Part shown: in pieces, positions 7,605 to 16,180 of the stretch
How the letters are laid out: every line of letters begins with the position of its first letter
Numbering within the stretch: position 1 is the first letter of the stretch
Assembly: GCA_965612795.1 (NCBI GenBank)
Contig: CBFDTI010000004.1
Location: 1-36,873 of the forward strand
Direction of reading: 5' to 3'
From: an uncultured bacterium
GTDB lineage: Bacteria; Hydrothermota; UBA3073; NMUJ01
Length of the DNA: 36,873 bases
The notes under the pieces: generated by a model
Told to the model about the DNA's origin: nothing
The model's input: the letters and a program-made list of their open reading frames with translations, nothing else
Database searches by the model: none
Translations under genes and position numbers: made by a program

Positions 7605-10301
7605 ATGTTGTGGTTAATCGTATTAATAAGTTTACAGCTCAATGATATCGAGCGCAACGCTATAGTTTCCTATCTGCCAGATATTAATGCCAGTATGGAG
7701 GATTTGGGGTTTGACAAGAAATGGGTTGAGGGTAAGGGTTTCAGGTTATTACGTGTAGAGCAGTGTATGGATCAACCGCTATTATTGTTAGAGTATCCGG
7801 ATACAGTTGTCAAAGTTTACAAAACTCGTAATCCGTTGGAGATTGTAGGGTTTGCACTACATGAGCTGGGGATTGGAATCAGACCTTACCACATTGAACA
7901 CACAAAATCGTGCAAGCTTACTGATTCATTACCGAGGTGGTTGGTGGATTTCATCAATTTCTATAAGTCGTGGCAGCTAACCTATAAATCAGAGGTACGG
8001 TTCGATTCATCATTTATTAGCAAGGTACTCTACTATGGATGTGCATTCTGGTGTGACGAAGATGATACGCTTGACGATACGCTTGAAACATACTTGAACG
8101 ACGAGCTTGGCTACCCATACGATACGTTGTGGAAGGAGGCGGTTGATACGTTACTGGAGGTTGCGAAATCGTTCGCCAGGGAGAAAATATTTTCGCTCTT
8201 TTACACACTTATGGTGGAGCTGGATCGGTTCGTTAGCTCAATTCCTGATACAATACCAAAATTAAAATCGTTTACAATTGGTGATGACATATTTATTGGC
8301 GGTACCGGTGACGATTACATAGCCGGTGACTATTCGCTTATTATAGATCTAGGTGGTAACGATATATACGAAAATGTAGCACGTGGTGTGATGGGTGCAT
8401 CGATAGTTATCGACCTTGCAGGCAACGATCTATATGTGGGGGATAAGCCTTATTCGTTAGCTGCGGGGATATTGGGTACAGGTATTGTCTATGACAAGGA
8501 GGGCGATGACACATATCGTGCACCCCCGTACTCGTTAGGTGCAGGCTTCTTCGGCATGGGTATGGTTTATGATGTAGCTGGTAATGACATATATGAGGGT
8601 GGGTTCTTTACACAGGGTGCGGGTAATTTCGGGTTGGGCTTGTTGATGGAGCTCAACGGTAATGATATATATCGTGCGTACGACTGGACGCAGGGGTTTG
8701 GTGCCACATGGGGTTATGGTGGGCTTGTAGATTATGGAGGTAACGACTTGTACTACGCAGGTGCACATTATATACATCATCCGCTGTTACCAAGAAATTA
8801 TCGGTCGTTTGCACAGGGGTTTGCCATAGGTATACGACCCGATGCTGGCGGTGGTATAGGGGTGCTGGTGGATTTTGCTGGTAACGATTTTTATAACGCT
8901 GAGGTTTATGCACAGGGTACAAGCTACTGGTACTCGTTAGGTTTGCTTTTGGATCTATCAGGTGACGATCATTACAATGCTATCGAATATGCACAGGGTG
9001 CAGGTATACATCTGTCGGTAGGATTGTTGTGGGATAGAGAAGGTGACGACCATTATTTCTCACGCTATGGACCGTCGCAGGGTGAAGGCCACGACTTATC
9101 TGTTGGTATGCTCATAGATCAAGGAGGTGATGACTACTACGTGGTGAGTGGTGGTCAGGGTGTGGGGTTAACAAACTCCGTAGGTATATTGCTCGATAGT
9201 TGGGGTGATGATGCATATATCACACGTGAGAAGAATATAGGGCAAGGCAGTGCACCGCCGGCACGTGGGTTCACTGGTATAGGAATGTTCCTTGATCTAC
9301 AAGGTGAAGATACATACGGTAAGATTTCTGTGGCTGAGGATAATTCGATATGGTTACAGGGATGTACAGGTGTGGGTGTGGATTGCTCGTTAATGGTACG
9401 TCCAAAGGAACCAATCATAGAGGTTGATCGTTCATATCTTGAGGCATTGCCCATCGATAAGCTATTCAAAGAGGCTTCGGAGTGGGGTGTGGGTGAAGCC
9501 CGTGATAAAGTGAAGGTTGCACGTGAGGTGTTAGCTGAACGTGGTATCGAAGCCATAAAGTATATCTGGGAAAATGAGATGGACACCAAGAGTGGGTTGG
9601 CACTTCGTGCGATACGTGAGGTAGCCAAGAAGTATCCAGATGGGTTCAAACCTTACCTATATAAAGGGTTACATGATGCTAGGTATAGGGTGAGAGCTAA
9701 TTCAATATGGTTGTTGGGTGAAATAAAAGATACGGAGGCGGTAGATTCGATACTTTCATATTTGCGAGACACGGAGGATCCACCAAGATGGGCACTTAGT
9801 GCGCTAGGTAAAATAGGTGTATCGAAAGCAATACCCGAGATTATCAAATATATAGATGTGGATGATTTCAGCACAAAAGTAACCGCAGTAGCGGCGTTGG
9901 CGAATATCAAAGATACCACATGTGTACGGTATCTTATACAGAAGGTTGAAGATCCATCGTTACTGATACGGGTGGCAGCTGAAAGGGGGTTGGTCAAGCA
10001 AGCTATGCTTGAGCCAATAATACAGCGGATGCATGAACCAATAGCTCGATATGCGGTGATACATTTGATAAATGCGTTGGCAGGTATCGGTAAAGATGTA
10101 TCTATCGAAGATAAACTTAAGATAAAAGAGGTGCTTCTACCATATCTTGATGCAGAAGATCCTATTTTGCGATATACTGCAGCGAAAGCTATTATAGAGG
10201 TTAGCCCACCGGGTACGGATGAGATAGTAGTCGATATAAAAGCGAGGGAAACCGATCCGAAGGTTTTGAAACTCCTACAGAGGGTATGGGATATGAAGTA
10301 A
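7605..10301 (+). CDS. Exported protein with about 12 Gly/Asp-rich D-x-x-G-[ND]-D-x-Y repeats and C-terminal HEAT repeats
   Basis: Repeats DLGGNDIY, DLAGNDLY, DKEGDDTY, DVAGNDIY ... DLQGEDTY; HEAT-like units VRANSIWLLGEIKD, ALSALGKIG, AVAALANIKD. Confidence 0.85.
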   Translation: MLWLIVLISLQLNDIERNAIVSYLPDINASMEDLGFDKKWVEGKGFRLLRVEQCMDQPLLLLEYPDTVVKVYKTRNPLEIVGFALHELGIGIRPYHIEHTKSCKLTDSLPRWLVDFINFYKSWQLTYKSEVRFDSSFISKVLYYGCAFWCDEDDTLDDTLETYLNDELGYPYDTLWKEAVDTLLEVAKSFAREKIFSLFYTLMVELDRFVSSIPDTIPKLKSFTIGDDIFIGGTGDDYIAGDYSLIIDLGGNDIYENVARGVMGASIVIDLAGNDLYVGDKPYSLAAGILGTGIVYDKEGDDTYRAPPYSLGAGFFGMGMVYDVAGNDIYEGGFFTQGAGNFGLGLLMELNGNDIYRAYDWTQGFGATWGYGGLVDYGGNDLYYAGAHYIHHPLLPRNYRSFAQGFAIGIRPDAGGGIGVLVDFAGNDFYNAEVYAQGTSYWYSLGLLLDLSGDDHYNAIEYAQGAGIHLSVGLLWDREGDDHYFSRYGPSQGEGHDLSVGMLIDQGGDDYYVVSGGQGVGLTNSVGILLDSWGDDAYITREKNIGQGSAPPARGFTGIGMFLDLQGEDTYGKISVAEDNSIWLQGCTGVGVDCSLMVRPKEPIIEVDRSYLEALPIDKLFKEASEWGVGEARDKVKVAREVLAERGIEAIKYIWENEMDTKSGLALRAIREVAKKYPDGFKPYLYKGLHDARYRVRANSIWLLGEIKDTEAVDSILSYLRDTEDPPRWALSALGKIGVSKAIPEIIKYIDVDDFSTKVTAVAALANIKDTTCVRYLIQKVEDPSLLIRVAAERGLVKQAMLEPIIQRMHEPIARYAVIHLINALAGIGKDVSIEDKLKIKEVLLPYLDAEDPILRYTAAKAIIEVSPPGTDEIVVDIKARETDPKVLKLLQRVWDMK

Positions 10302-10966
10302 TAATAGCAGCCGCTGGCAAAGGTGAGCGGTTGGGGCTAAGTATACCGAAGGCGCTCGTCAAGATAGGCGGTAAAACATTAGTCGAACGTGTAGTGGATA
10401 AGTTCATTAAGTTCGACAAAATACGTAACATCTATGTAGCGGTACCACCGGGTTATGAACCCACCATAGGTGAGTTGATGAGTAAATACGGTGATAGGGT
10501 TAGGGTATATACAGGAGGCACCGTACGTCAGGAATCGATATATAGGGGGTTGAAATACATCAGCGATGGATATGTGCTCATACATGATGTTGCCCGCATA
10601 ATGGTGACGGATAAGCTTATAGAGCGGGTGATGCACGCAGTGACAAAGTATGATGCGGTGATACCGGTCATACCCGTACGTGATACGATCAAAGAGGTTA
10701 AGCACAGTAAAGTGTTACGTACGTTACCAAGGGAGCGTTTGTACATTGTACAGACACCACAGGGGTTTCGTACTGAGTTGATAGTGAAGGCCTATGAGAA
10801 AGCGCAACAAGAAGGTTATCACGGTACGGATAGCGCATCACTGGTGGAAAGGTATGGGGTAGATGTAAGTACTGTTGAAGGTGAGGTATCAAACATAAAG
10901 CTAACGTATGCTGAAGATGTGAAACTGGTTGAGTGTATGTTGATGATGGTTGACGAACAGTGTTGA
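10286..10966 (+). CDS. ispD: 2-C-methyl-D-erythritol 4-phosphate cytidylyltransferase
   Basis: AAGKGERLG..PK, GGTVRQES, VLIHDVAR, QTPQGF, TD, NIKLT motifs. Confidence 0.95.
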   Translation: MGYEVIIAAAGKGERLGLSIPKALVKIGGKTLVERVVDKFIKFDKIRNIYVAVPPGYEPTIGELMSKYGDRVRVYTGGTVRQESIYRGLKYISDGYVLIHDVARIMVTDKLIERVMHAVTKYDAVIPVIPVRDTIKEVKHSKVLRTLPRERLYIVQTPQGFRTELIVKAYEKAQQEGYHGTDSASLVERYGVDVSTVEGEVSNIKLTYAEDVKLVECMLMMVDEQC

Positions 10967-11068
10967 AGCAATATCTTATCAAAACCAAGGAGGGTAAGCG
11001 CCCATATATCGTTGGTGGTGAAGTTTAAAACTATCATAAACGGGTTAGTAGAATGAGGAATGGGTGAG

Positions 11069-11106
11069 TTGACCAATAAAATATAGCTGTACTTTTATTA
11101 AGGAGG
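11069..11106 (+). promoter_or_regulatory. Putative promoter (TTGACC-N15-TACTTT) and Shine-Dalgarno AGGAGG of the porV-truB-ribF operon
   Basis: TTGACC 11069-11074, TACTTTTA 11090-11097, AGGAGG 11101-11106, ATG 11111. Confidence 0.6.
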
Positions 11107-11110
11107 TAGT

Positions 11111-12163
11111 ATGGTAAAGCGCTGGCTTATCTTAGGGGTAGTAGGATTGGTAACCCTATTTCCTATTGTGGTGGATTCACAAACCACGGCAGCTGCTATA
11201 TTTCTGGCGATAACACCGGGTGCACGTCCTAATGGGATGGCGGAGATATTTACGGCGATTGCTGATGACGCAACCGCCACGTATTACAATGATGGGGGGT
11301 TGGGATTCTTTCACAGTCGTGAGCTACACCTTATGCATGCTAATTGGTTGCCAGGTTTGTGGCACGATATGTACTATGAGTTTCTTGCGTATGTACAATC
11401 GTTGGATATAGGTGGCGTTATGGGTATACATTTCATATACCTGACAACGGGTGAAACAGTAGGTACGGATGAAGAAGGTAATCCCATAGGTAGGTGGCGT
11501 ACGTTTGATGCTGCCATGAAGGTCTCGTATGGGGTGCGACTTAGTCCAAGGTTAGGTGTAGGTGTAGGATTTAAGTTCATATACAGTTTTTTGGCACCTT
11601 CGGACATAATATTTAAGATAACGGGTAGAAGAGGTGGTGGTACAGGTATCACGTGGGCACTTGATGGCGGGTTGTTATATAAAATAAGGCCAAACTTTAA
11701 CTTAGGGGTTGCATTGTTGAATATAGGGCCTGGTATTAAGTATATCGATATTGGAAGTAGTGACCCCATACCACGGATGTTGAGGGTAGGTGTGAGTTAC
11801 CTTTGGGAGAAACGTGACGGTGATCAGGTTTCATACTCCATAAGGGTGTCAGGTGAAATTGCTAAGTTACTGATAGGGTTTTACCAAGATTGGCAGGATA
11901 TACGTTCGGGCAAACGTACATTACGTGAGGTACTACAGTATCATTACGACGATACTTGGAAAGGTATAGGTGTGGAGGTGGGGTTCGCTGAACGCTTCTA
12001 TGCACGTGCGGGTTACTTTTCTGATAAAGCAGGTCATAGGGAGGGGCCTACGTTTGGTGGTGGATTCAGGTACAAGAATTTCACATTAGATGTGGGTGTG
12101 GATAACTTCATATATGATTTTAAGACTGAGAATTACCGCATATCATTGAACTATGCATTCTAG
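11111..12163 (+). CDS. porV: PorV-family T9SS outer-membrane barrel (the most canonical-looking copy)
   Basis: FLAITPGARPNGMAE..ADDATATYYN..GL, NWLPGL..DMYY, YLTTGE..TDEEGNPIG, ARAGYF, TFGGG, terminal RISLNYAF. Confidence 0.8.
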   Translation: MVKRWLILGVVGLVTLFPIVVDSQTTAAAIFLAITPGARPNGMAEIFTAIADDATATYYNDGGLGFFHSRELHLMHANWLPGLWHDMYYEFLAYVQSLDIGGVMGIHFIYLTTGETVGTDEEGNPIGRWRTFDAAMKVSYGVRLSPRLGVGVGFKFIYSFLAPSDIIFKITGRRGGGTGITWALDGGLLYKIRPNFNLGVALLNIGPGIKYIDIGSSDPIPRMLRVGVSYLWEKRDGDQVSYSIRVSGEIAKLLIGFYQDWQDIRSGKRTLREVLQYHYDDTWKGIGVEVGFAERFYARAGYFSDKAGHREGPTFGGGFRYKNFTLDVGVDNFIYDFKTENYRISLNYAF

Positions 12164-12168
12164 TTCAT

Positions 12169-12858
12169 ATGGATGGATTTCTTTTGGTATGGAAACCGAA
12201 GGGATGGAGCTCGTTTGATGTCGTCCGCTACGTAAAGTATCGTACTGAGGTACGTAAAGTTGGACACGGTGGCACATTGGACAAAGAGGCAGAGGGTTTG
12301 CTTATTATACTATTAGGTAAGGCGACAAAGTTCCAGTCCTACATCACAAACTTGGAGAAGGAATACATCACGACAATAAAATTGGGCGAGTTTCGTGATA
12401 CTGATGATTTTACGGGTAAGGTGATCGCAAGGTTCCCTGTTAACAACGTGACACGCCCCAAGGTAGAGGAGGTGTTGGATTCGTTCAAGGGCGAATTTTA
12501 CCAGATAGTGCCTAAATATTCAGCCTTAAAGTATCGTGGACGCCCGTTCTACAAGTGGGCACGTGAAGGTAAAGATCCGCCACTCCGTAAACGTAAAGCA
12601 TACATTAAGGAGATAGAATTGCTGGAATTCAAACCACCCGAGTTACGGTTACGTGTGGTGTGTGGGCGTGGTGTATACATACGGGGGTTGGCACGTGATA
12701 TAGGGCAGAAATTGGGTACAGGTGGGTATGTGGATTATCTATTACGTACGAGGGTGGGAAATTTCAAGCTCGACAATGCGGCTAGGATCGAGGATATAAG
12801 TGAAAGGGAGCAAATAGTACAACGTATGTTACCGGTGGAACTACTTGTAAGGGGATGA
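12169..12858 (+). CDS. truB: tRNA pseudouridine(55) synthase
   Basis: KPKGWSSFDVV, KVGHGGTLD, PKYSALK, GVYIRGLARDIG, LLRTRVG. Confidence 0.95.
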   Translation: MDGFLLVWKPKGWSSFDVVRYVKYRTEVRKVGHGGTLDKEAEGLLIILLGKATKFQSYITNLEKEYITTIKLGEFRDTDDFTGKVIARFPVNNVTRPKVEEVLDSFKGEFYQIVPKYSALKYRGRPFYKWAREGKDPPLRKRKAYIKEIELLEFKPPELRLRVVCGRGVYIRGLARDIGQKLGTGGYVDYLLRTRVGNFKLDNAARIEDISEREQIVQRMLPVELLVRG

Positions 12859-13757
12859 AGATATTCGATAACCCCAACGAGGCCTCTCGGTGTGCATGGG
12901 ACGTCTTAACCATAGGTACGTTTGATGGCATACATATAGGGCACCGTAGGATACTTGAACAGTGTCTGAACGTGGGTAAGACGTTGGTCGTAACATTTGA
13001 TAAGCTGCCACGTCGAGTGATGGGGGAGGATGTGAAGATGCTCACCACATGGGAAGAAAAAATAAAGCTACTCAATGGGCTAGGAGTGCATGGTGTGTTG
13101 AGGTTAGAGTTTAACGAACAGCTTAGAAACATGGAGCCAACTGAGTTTATCAACCGATACATTACACCGATCGCACCCAAGAGGATTGTAATCGGTGAAA
13201 ACCATCGATTTGGCAAGAACAGAAAAGGTGATGCGAGTTTACTCAAAGCTATGGGTTGGCGTGTGGAGGTTGTACCGCTTGTGAGAGCTGACAGCAACGT
13301 GGTGAGTAGCACTTACATACGGCGATTGTTGATGGAATGTGAAATCGCCGAAGCCAACCGCTTATTAGGCTACCCGTATATTATATCGGGTAAGAAAATA
13401 AAAGGTGCGGGTATAGGACGTATGTTAGGGTATCCGACCATCAATCTGGATATATCCGAGGATAAATTGTTACCAGGTGATGGTGTATATGGGGTAAGAG
13501 TGAACCGTAGTCATCCGGCATTGTTACACATAGGGGAGAGCCCAACGTTGGGGTTACCGTTTAGGGTGGAATTACACCTACTTGTGTTTGATGACAAAAA
13601 AGATGTGACACATTGGGAGGCGGAAATATTGACCTACTTGCGTCCCAATTATACTTTCAAGAACGTAGATGCACTTATAAAATGCATAAAAGAAGATAAG
13701 GAGAGGTTTTTGAAAATGGAGGCATTATGGAAAAACGTACGTCCGGCATGGCGATAG
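12855..13757 (+). CDS. ribF: Bifunctional riboflavin kinase / FAD synthetase
   Basis: IGTFDGIHIGH, GENHRFG, VSSTYIR, GIGRMLGYPTIN, GVY, ELH; follows truB. Confidence 0.95.
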   Translation: MKIFDNPNEASRCAWDVLTIGTFDGIHIGHRRILEQCLNVGKTLVVTFDKLPRRVMGEDVKMLTTWEEKIKLLNGLGVHGVLRLEFNEQLRNMEPTEFINRYITPIAPKRIVIGENHRFGKNRKGDASLLKAMGWRVEVVPLVRADSNVVSSTYIRRLLMECEIAEANRLLGYPYIISGKKIKGAGIGRMLGYPTINLDISEDKLLPGDGVYGVRVNRSHPALLHIGESPTLGLPFRVELHLLVFDDKKDVTHWEAEILTYLRPNYTFKNVDALIKCIKEDKERFLKMEALWKNVRPAWR

Positions 13758-14056
13758 CCAGCTTTGTTCTTGGTATAGTAGGTATAATTTCGTGTTGGAT
13801 GGGGGTGGGCATTATAATGTCGATACTTGCAATAATATTTGGTATAATAGGGTTACGTGAAGTCAAAAGGTCACCGGATGAAGTGACCGGTTATGGGTTA
13901 GCATTGGCTGGCTTTATATTGGGAGTAATAACGTTGGCGATGGGTGTGATGGCTATGATATTTGTGGGGATGTTCACTTGGCATATATGGAAAGAGATCT
14001 ACAAGGAAATATATCACGAAATTAACATGCAAACGTTGATCACCTTCGTACGATGA
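13727..14056 (+). CDS. DUF4190-family small membrane protein
   Basis: TSGMAIASFVLGI..AIIFGIIGL..G.GLALAGFILG pattern; GGAGG upstream. Confidence 0.8.
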   Translation: MEKRTSGMAIASFVLGIVGIISCWMGVGIIMSILAIIFGIIGLREVKRSPDEVTGYGLALAGFILGVITLAMGVMAMIFVGMFTWHIWKEIYKEIYHEINMQTLITFVR

Positions 14057-14907
14057 TCTGGTTCGTGCTTGTTTTGGCCAGGCTACCAAGTTACGATTTT
14101 ATGGATGTACCGAACAACGCATATGCGGGGGTTACACACTTACACGTATTTGCATCGTCCCCATACAGTATGTGGGGTAACCCCACCTATATAGATGGTG
14201 AAGGTGTCGTTACTGGCTATGTGAATATGGGGTTCGACATACAGGCAGGTAATGTGGGGTATTATCGTGCACCATGGGCGATATCGATAGGTTACTGGAA
14301 TTTTGGTGAGATGATGAAGGGCGAACCCGAAGGTATAGTACCGGGTGAAACTTTCACACCATGTGCGTTGAGGGTTTCAACCGCCTACAGGAGGCAGGTA
14401 CGGGTTGGGTTGAGGATTGGTATTGCAGGTGGTGTGGTTTATCAAACCATTGAGAAATATCGATCAATAGCAGTTATGTGTGATGTTGGGGCCACATATA
14501 GATGGCCACAGTACCCTATAGAGGTGGGGTTGCTCATCCGTAATTTGGGTACAGAGGTGAGCAGCTCAAGTGCTACACGTGAGGCGTTACCTGTATCGAT
14601 AGAGTTGGGTACACGCTACGAGCGAGATAAACTTACTTTGTCGGTAGCATATGTGATACCATATTATTATCCAGCGTATTTATCGATGGCGTGTGATTAC
14701 TGTATATTGAGTGGCATAGCTTTACGTGTGGGGTATACTACACTTTATCGGGGTGTGGTAGCTGAGGAGTTGGAGGCGCTGTTGTTACCGATAGGGTTTG
14801 GATTTGATATCACCTATCGCAAGCTGTGTATTAGCTATGGGGTGGATCCTCGTGGCCCGCTGGGTATCATACATTACCTCAATTTTGTATGGAAATTAGG
14901 GGGATAG
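14053..14907 (+). CDS. Divergent PorV/PorQ-like outer-membrane barrel
   Basis: WGNP motif, YWNFGEM..G..G.TFTP loop, DVGATY, GLLIRNLG, LP..IELG, ALRVGY, LGIIHYL C-terminus shared with the other two PorV-like proteins. Confidence 0.65.
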   Translation: MIWFVLVLARLPSYDFMDVPNNAYAGVTHLHVFASSPYSMWGNPTYIDGEGVVTGYVNMGFDIQAGNVGYYRAPWAISIGYWNFGEMMKGEPEGIVPGETFTPCALRVSTAYRRQVRVGLRIGIAGGVVYQTIEKYRSIAVMCDVGATYRWPQYPIEVGLLIRNLGTEVSSSSATREALPVSIELGTRYERDKLTLSVAYVIPYYYPAYLSMACDYCILSGIALRVGYTTLYRGVVAEELEALLLPIGFGFDITYRKLCISYGVDPRGPLGIIHYLNFVWKLGG

Positions 14908-15315
14908 ATGGTTTATAACCTCGAGATAGATACCCACATGAGACAAGAGATGGTCGATATCACACACCAGGTGGAGGATATCGTCGAGAAGAGTGGTGTC
15001 AAATCCGGTGTATGTATACTGTATGTACCACACACGACGGCTGCTATTACAGTGAATGAGAACTACGATCCTACCGTAAAGGAGGACATCTTAACTGCAT
15101 TACGTAGGTTGGTACCGGAGAACTATCCGTATAGGCATACTGAGGGTAATGCTGACGCACACATAAAGGCGGCAATCGTTGGCAGTTCACGTGTGTTATT
15201 TATTGAGAATGGGCGGTTGGTGTTCGGTACGTGGCAGGGTATATTCTTCATGGAGTTTGATGGCCCGCGACGTCGCCGTGTGTATGTGAAGATTATAGCG
15301 GATGCTACCGGATGA
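14908..15315 (+). CDS. yjbQ: YjbQ/UPF0047 family protein (secondary thiamine-phosphate synthase-like)
   Basis: PHTTAAITVNEN.DP, HTEGNADAHIKA, GTWQGIFF.EFDGPR. Confidence 0.92.
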   Translation: MVYNLEIDTHMRQEMVDITHQVEDIVEKSGVKSGVCILYVPHTTAAITVNENYDPTVKEDILTALRRLVPENYPYRHTEGNADAHIKAAIVGSSRVLFIENGRLVFGTWQGIFFMEFDGPRRRRVYVKIIADATG

Positions 15316-16096
15316 GGTTGTAACCCTTTACCGTAGTTCACAAAGAGTGGCCGCCCTCACAGGTGCAGGTATATCTGAGGAGAGTGGTATACCTACGTTT
15401 CGTGGAGATAGTGGGTTATGGATGAAGTATCCACCTGAGAAGTTTGCATCAGTTACCGGGTTATTACGTATGTTTATTACGCAACCTGATAGGGTGGTAG
15501 ATTTTGCAATTGATTTCTATAGAGCGCCACTGATGGCGGAACCCAACCCCGCACATTATGCGTTGGCTGAAATGGAACGTACTGGTAAACTAATGGCTGT
15601 GATAACACAAAATGTTGACAACTTACACCAACGTGCGGGTAGCAAGAACGTGCTTGAGCTACATGGTAACATGTACAGATTACGTTGTATGAGGTGCGGA
15701 AAATGTCGATATATGCCAAAAGATGAGATTGAAGAAATGCTTAACCGGTTACAACAAGCGAAAGGTAGCCGCATACGGGTGTTACGTGTGATTGCGGGGA
15801 TATTCAAACGATGTGAATGTGGTGGCCGCTACCGTGTGGATATGGTGTTTTTTGGAGAACCATTACCACAGGATGTGTTGTTTGAAGCTGAACGTATTGT
15901 ACAGGAGGTGGATCTACTTTTTGTGATAGGGACATCGGGTGTGGTATATCCAGCGGCTTCGTTACCATATATTGCCAAAGATGCGGGTACAAAGATAATT
16001 GAAATTAATCCAGTACCATCAGCTGTTACGCGGATTGCGGATCACTTCCTACAGGGTAAGGCGGGTGAGATACTGCCTAAATTTTTACAGGTCTGA
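15302..16096 (+). CDS. cobB: NAD-dependent protein deacylase (sirtuin)
   Basis: TGAGISEESGIPTFRG, ITQNVDNLHQRAG, ELHG, Zn Cys pairs, FGE, GTSG.VYPAA, EINP. Confidence 0.93.
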   Translation: MLPDEVVTLYRSSQRVAALTGAGISEESGIPTFRGDSGLWMKYPPEKFASVTGLLRMFITQPDRVVDFAIDFYRAPLMAEPNPAHYALAEMERTGKLMAVITQNVDNLHQRAGSKNVLELHGNMYRLRCMRCGKCRYMPKDEIEEMLNRLQQAKGSRIRVLRVIAGIFKRCECGGRYRVDMVFFGEPLPQDVLFEAERIVQEVDLLFVIGTSGVVYPAASLPYIAKDAGTKIIEINPVPSAVTRIADHFLQGKAGEILPKFLQV

Positions 16097-16146
16097 TTAA
16101 ATAACGGGGCCGTAAATCGATGGAATGGACAAGACTGATGAGGTTG

Positions 16147-16173
16147 TTGACCTTAATCCAAACCCAATAATAT
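16147..16173 (+). promoter_or_regulatory. Putative uvrC promoter (TTGACC-N15-TAATAT), probably leaderless
   Basis: TTGACC 16147-16152, TAATAT 16168-16173, ATG 16181 with no SD. Confidence 0.55.
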
Positions 16174-16180
16174 TTTAACA

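Noticed and set aside
8295..9320. RTX toxin or DNA tandem repeat/CRISPR
   Set aside because: Repeats exist only at protein level with a longer period than RTX; no T1SS or cas genes and no identical DNA repeats.
10960..11028. Possible 22-aa sORF VLKQYLIKTKEGKRPYIVGGEV after ispD
   Set aside because: Too short, no SD and no recognisable family.
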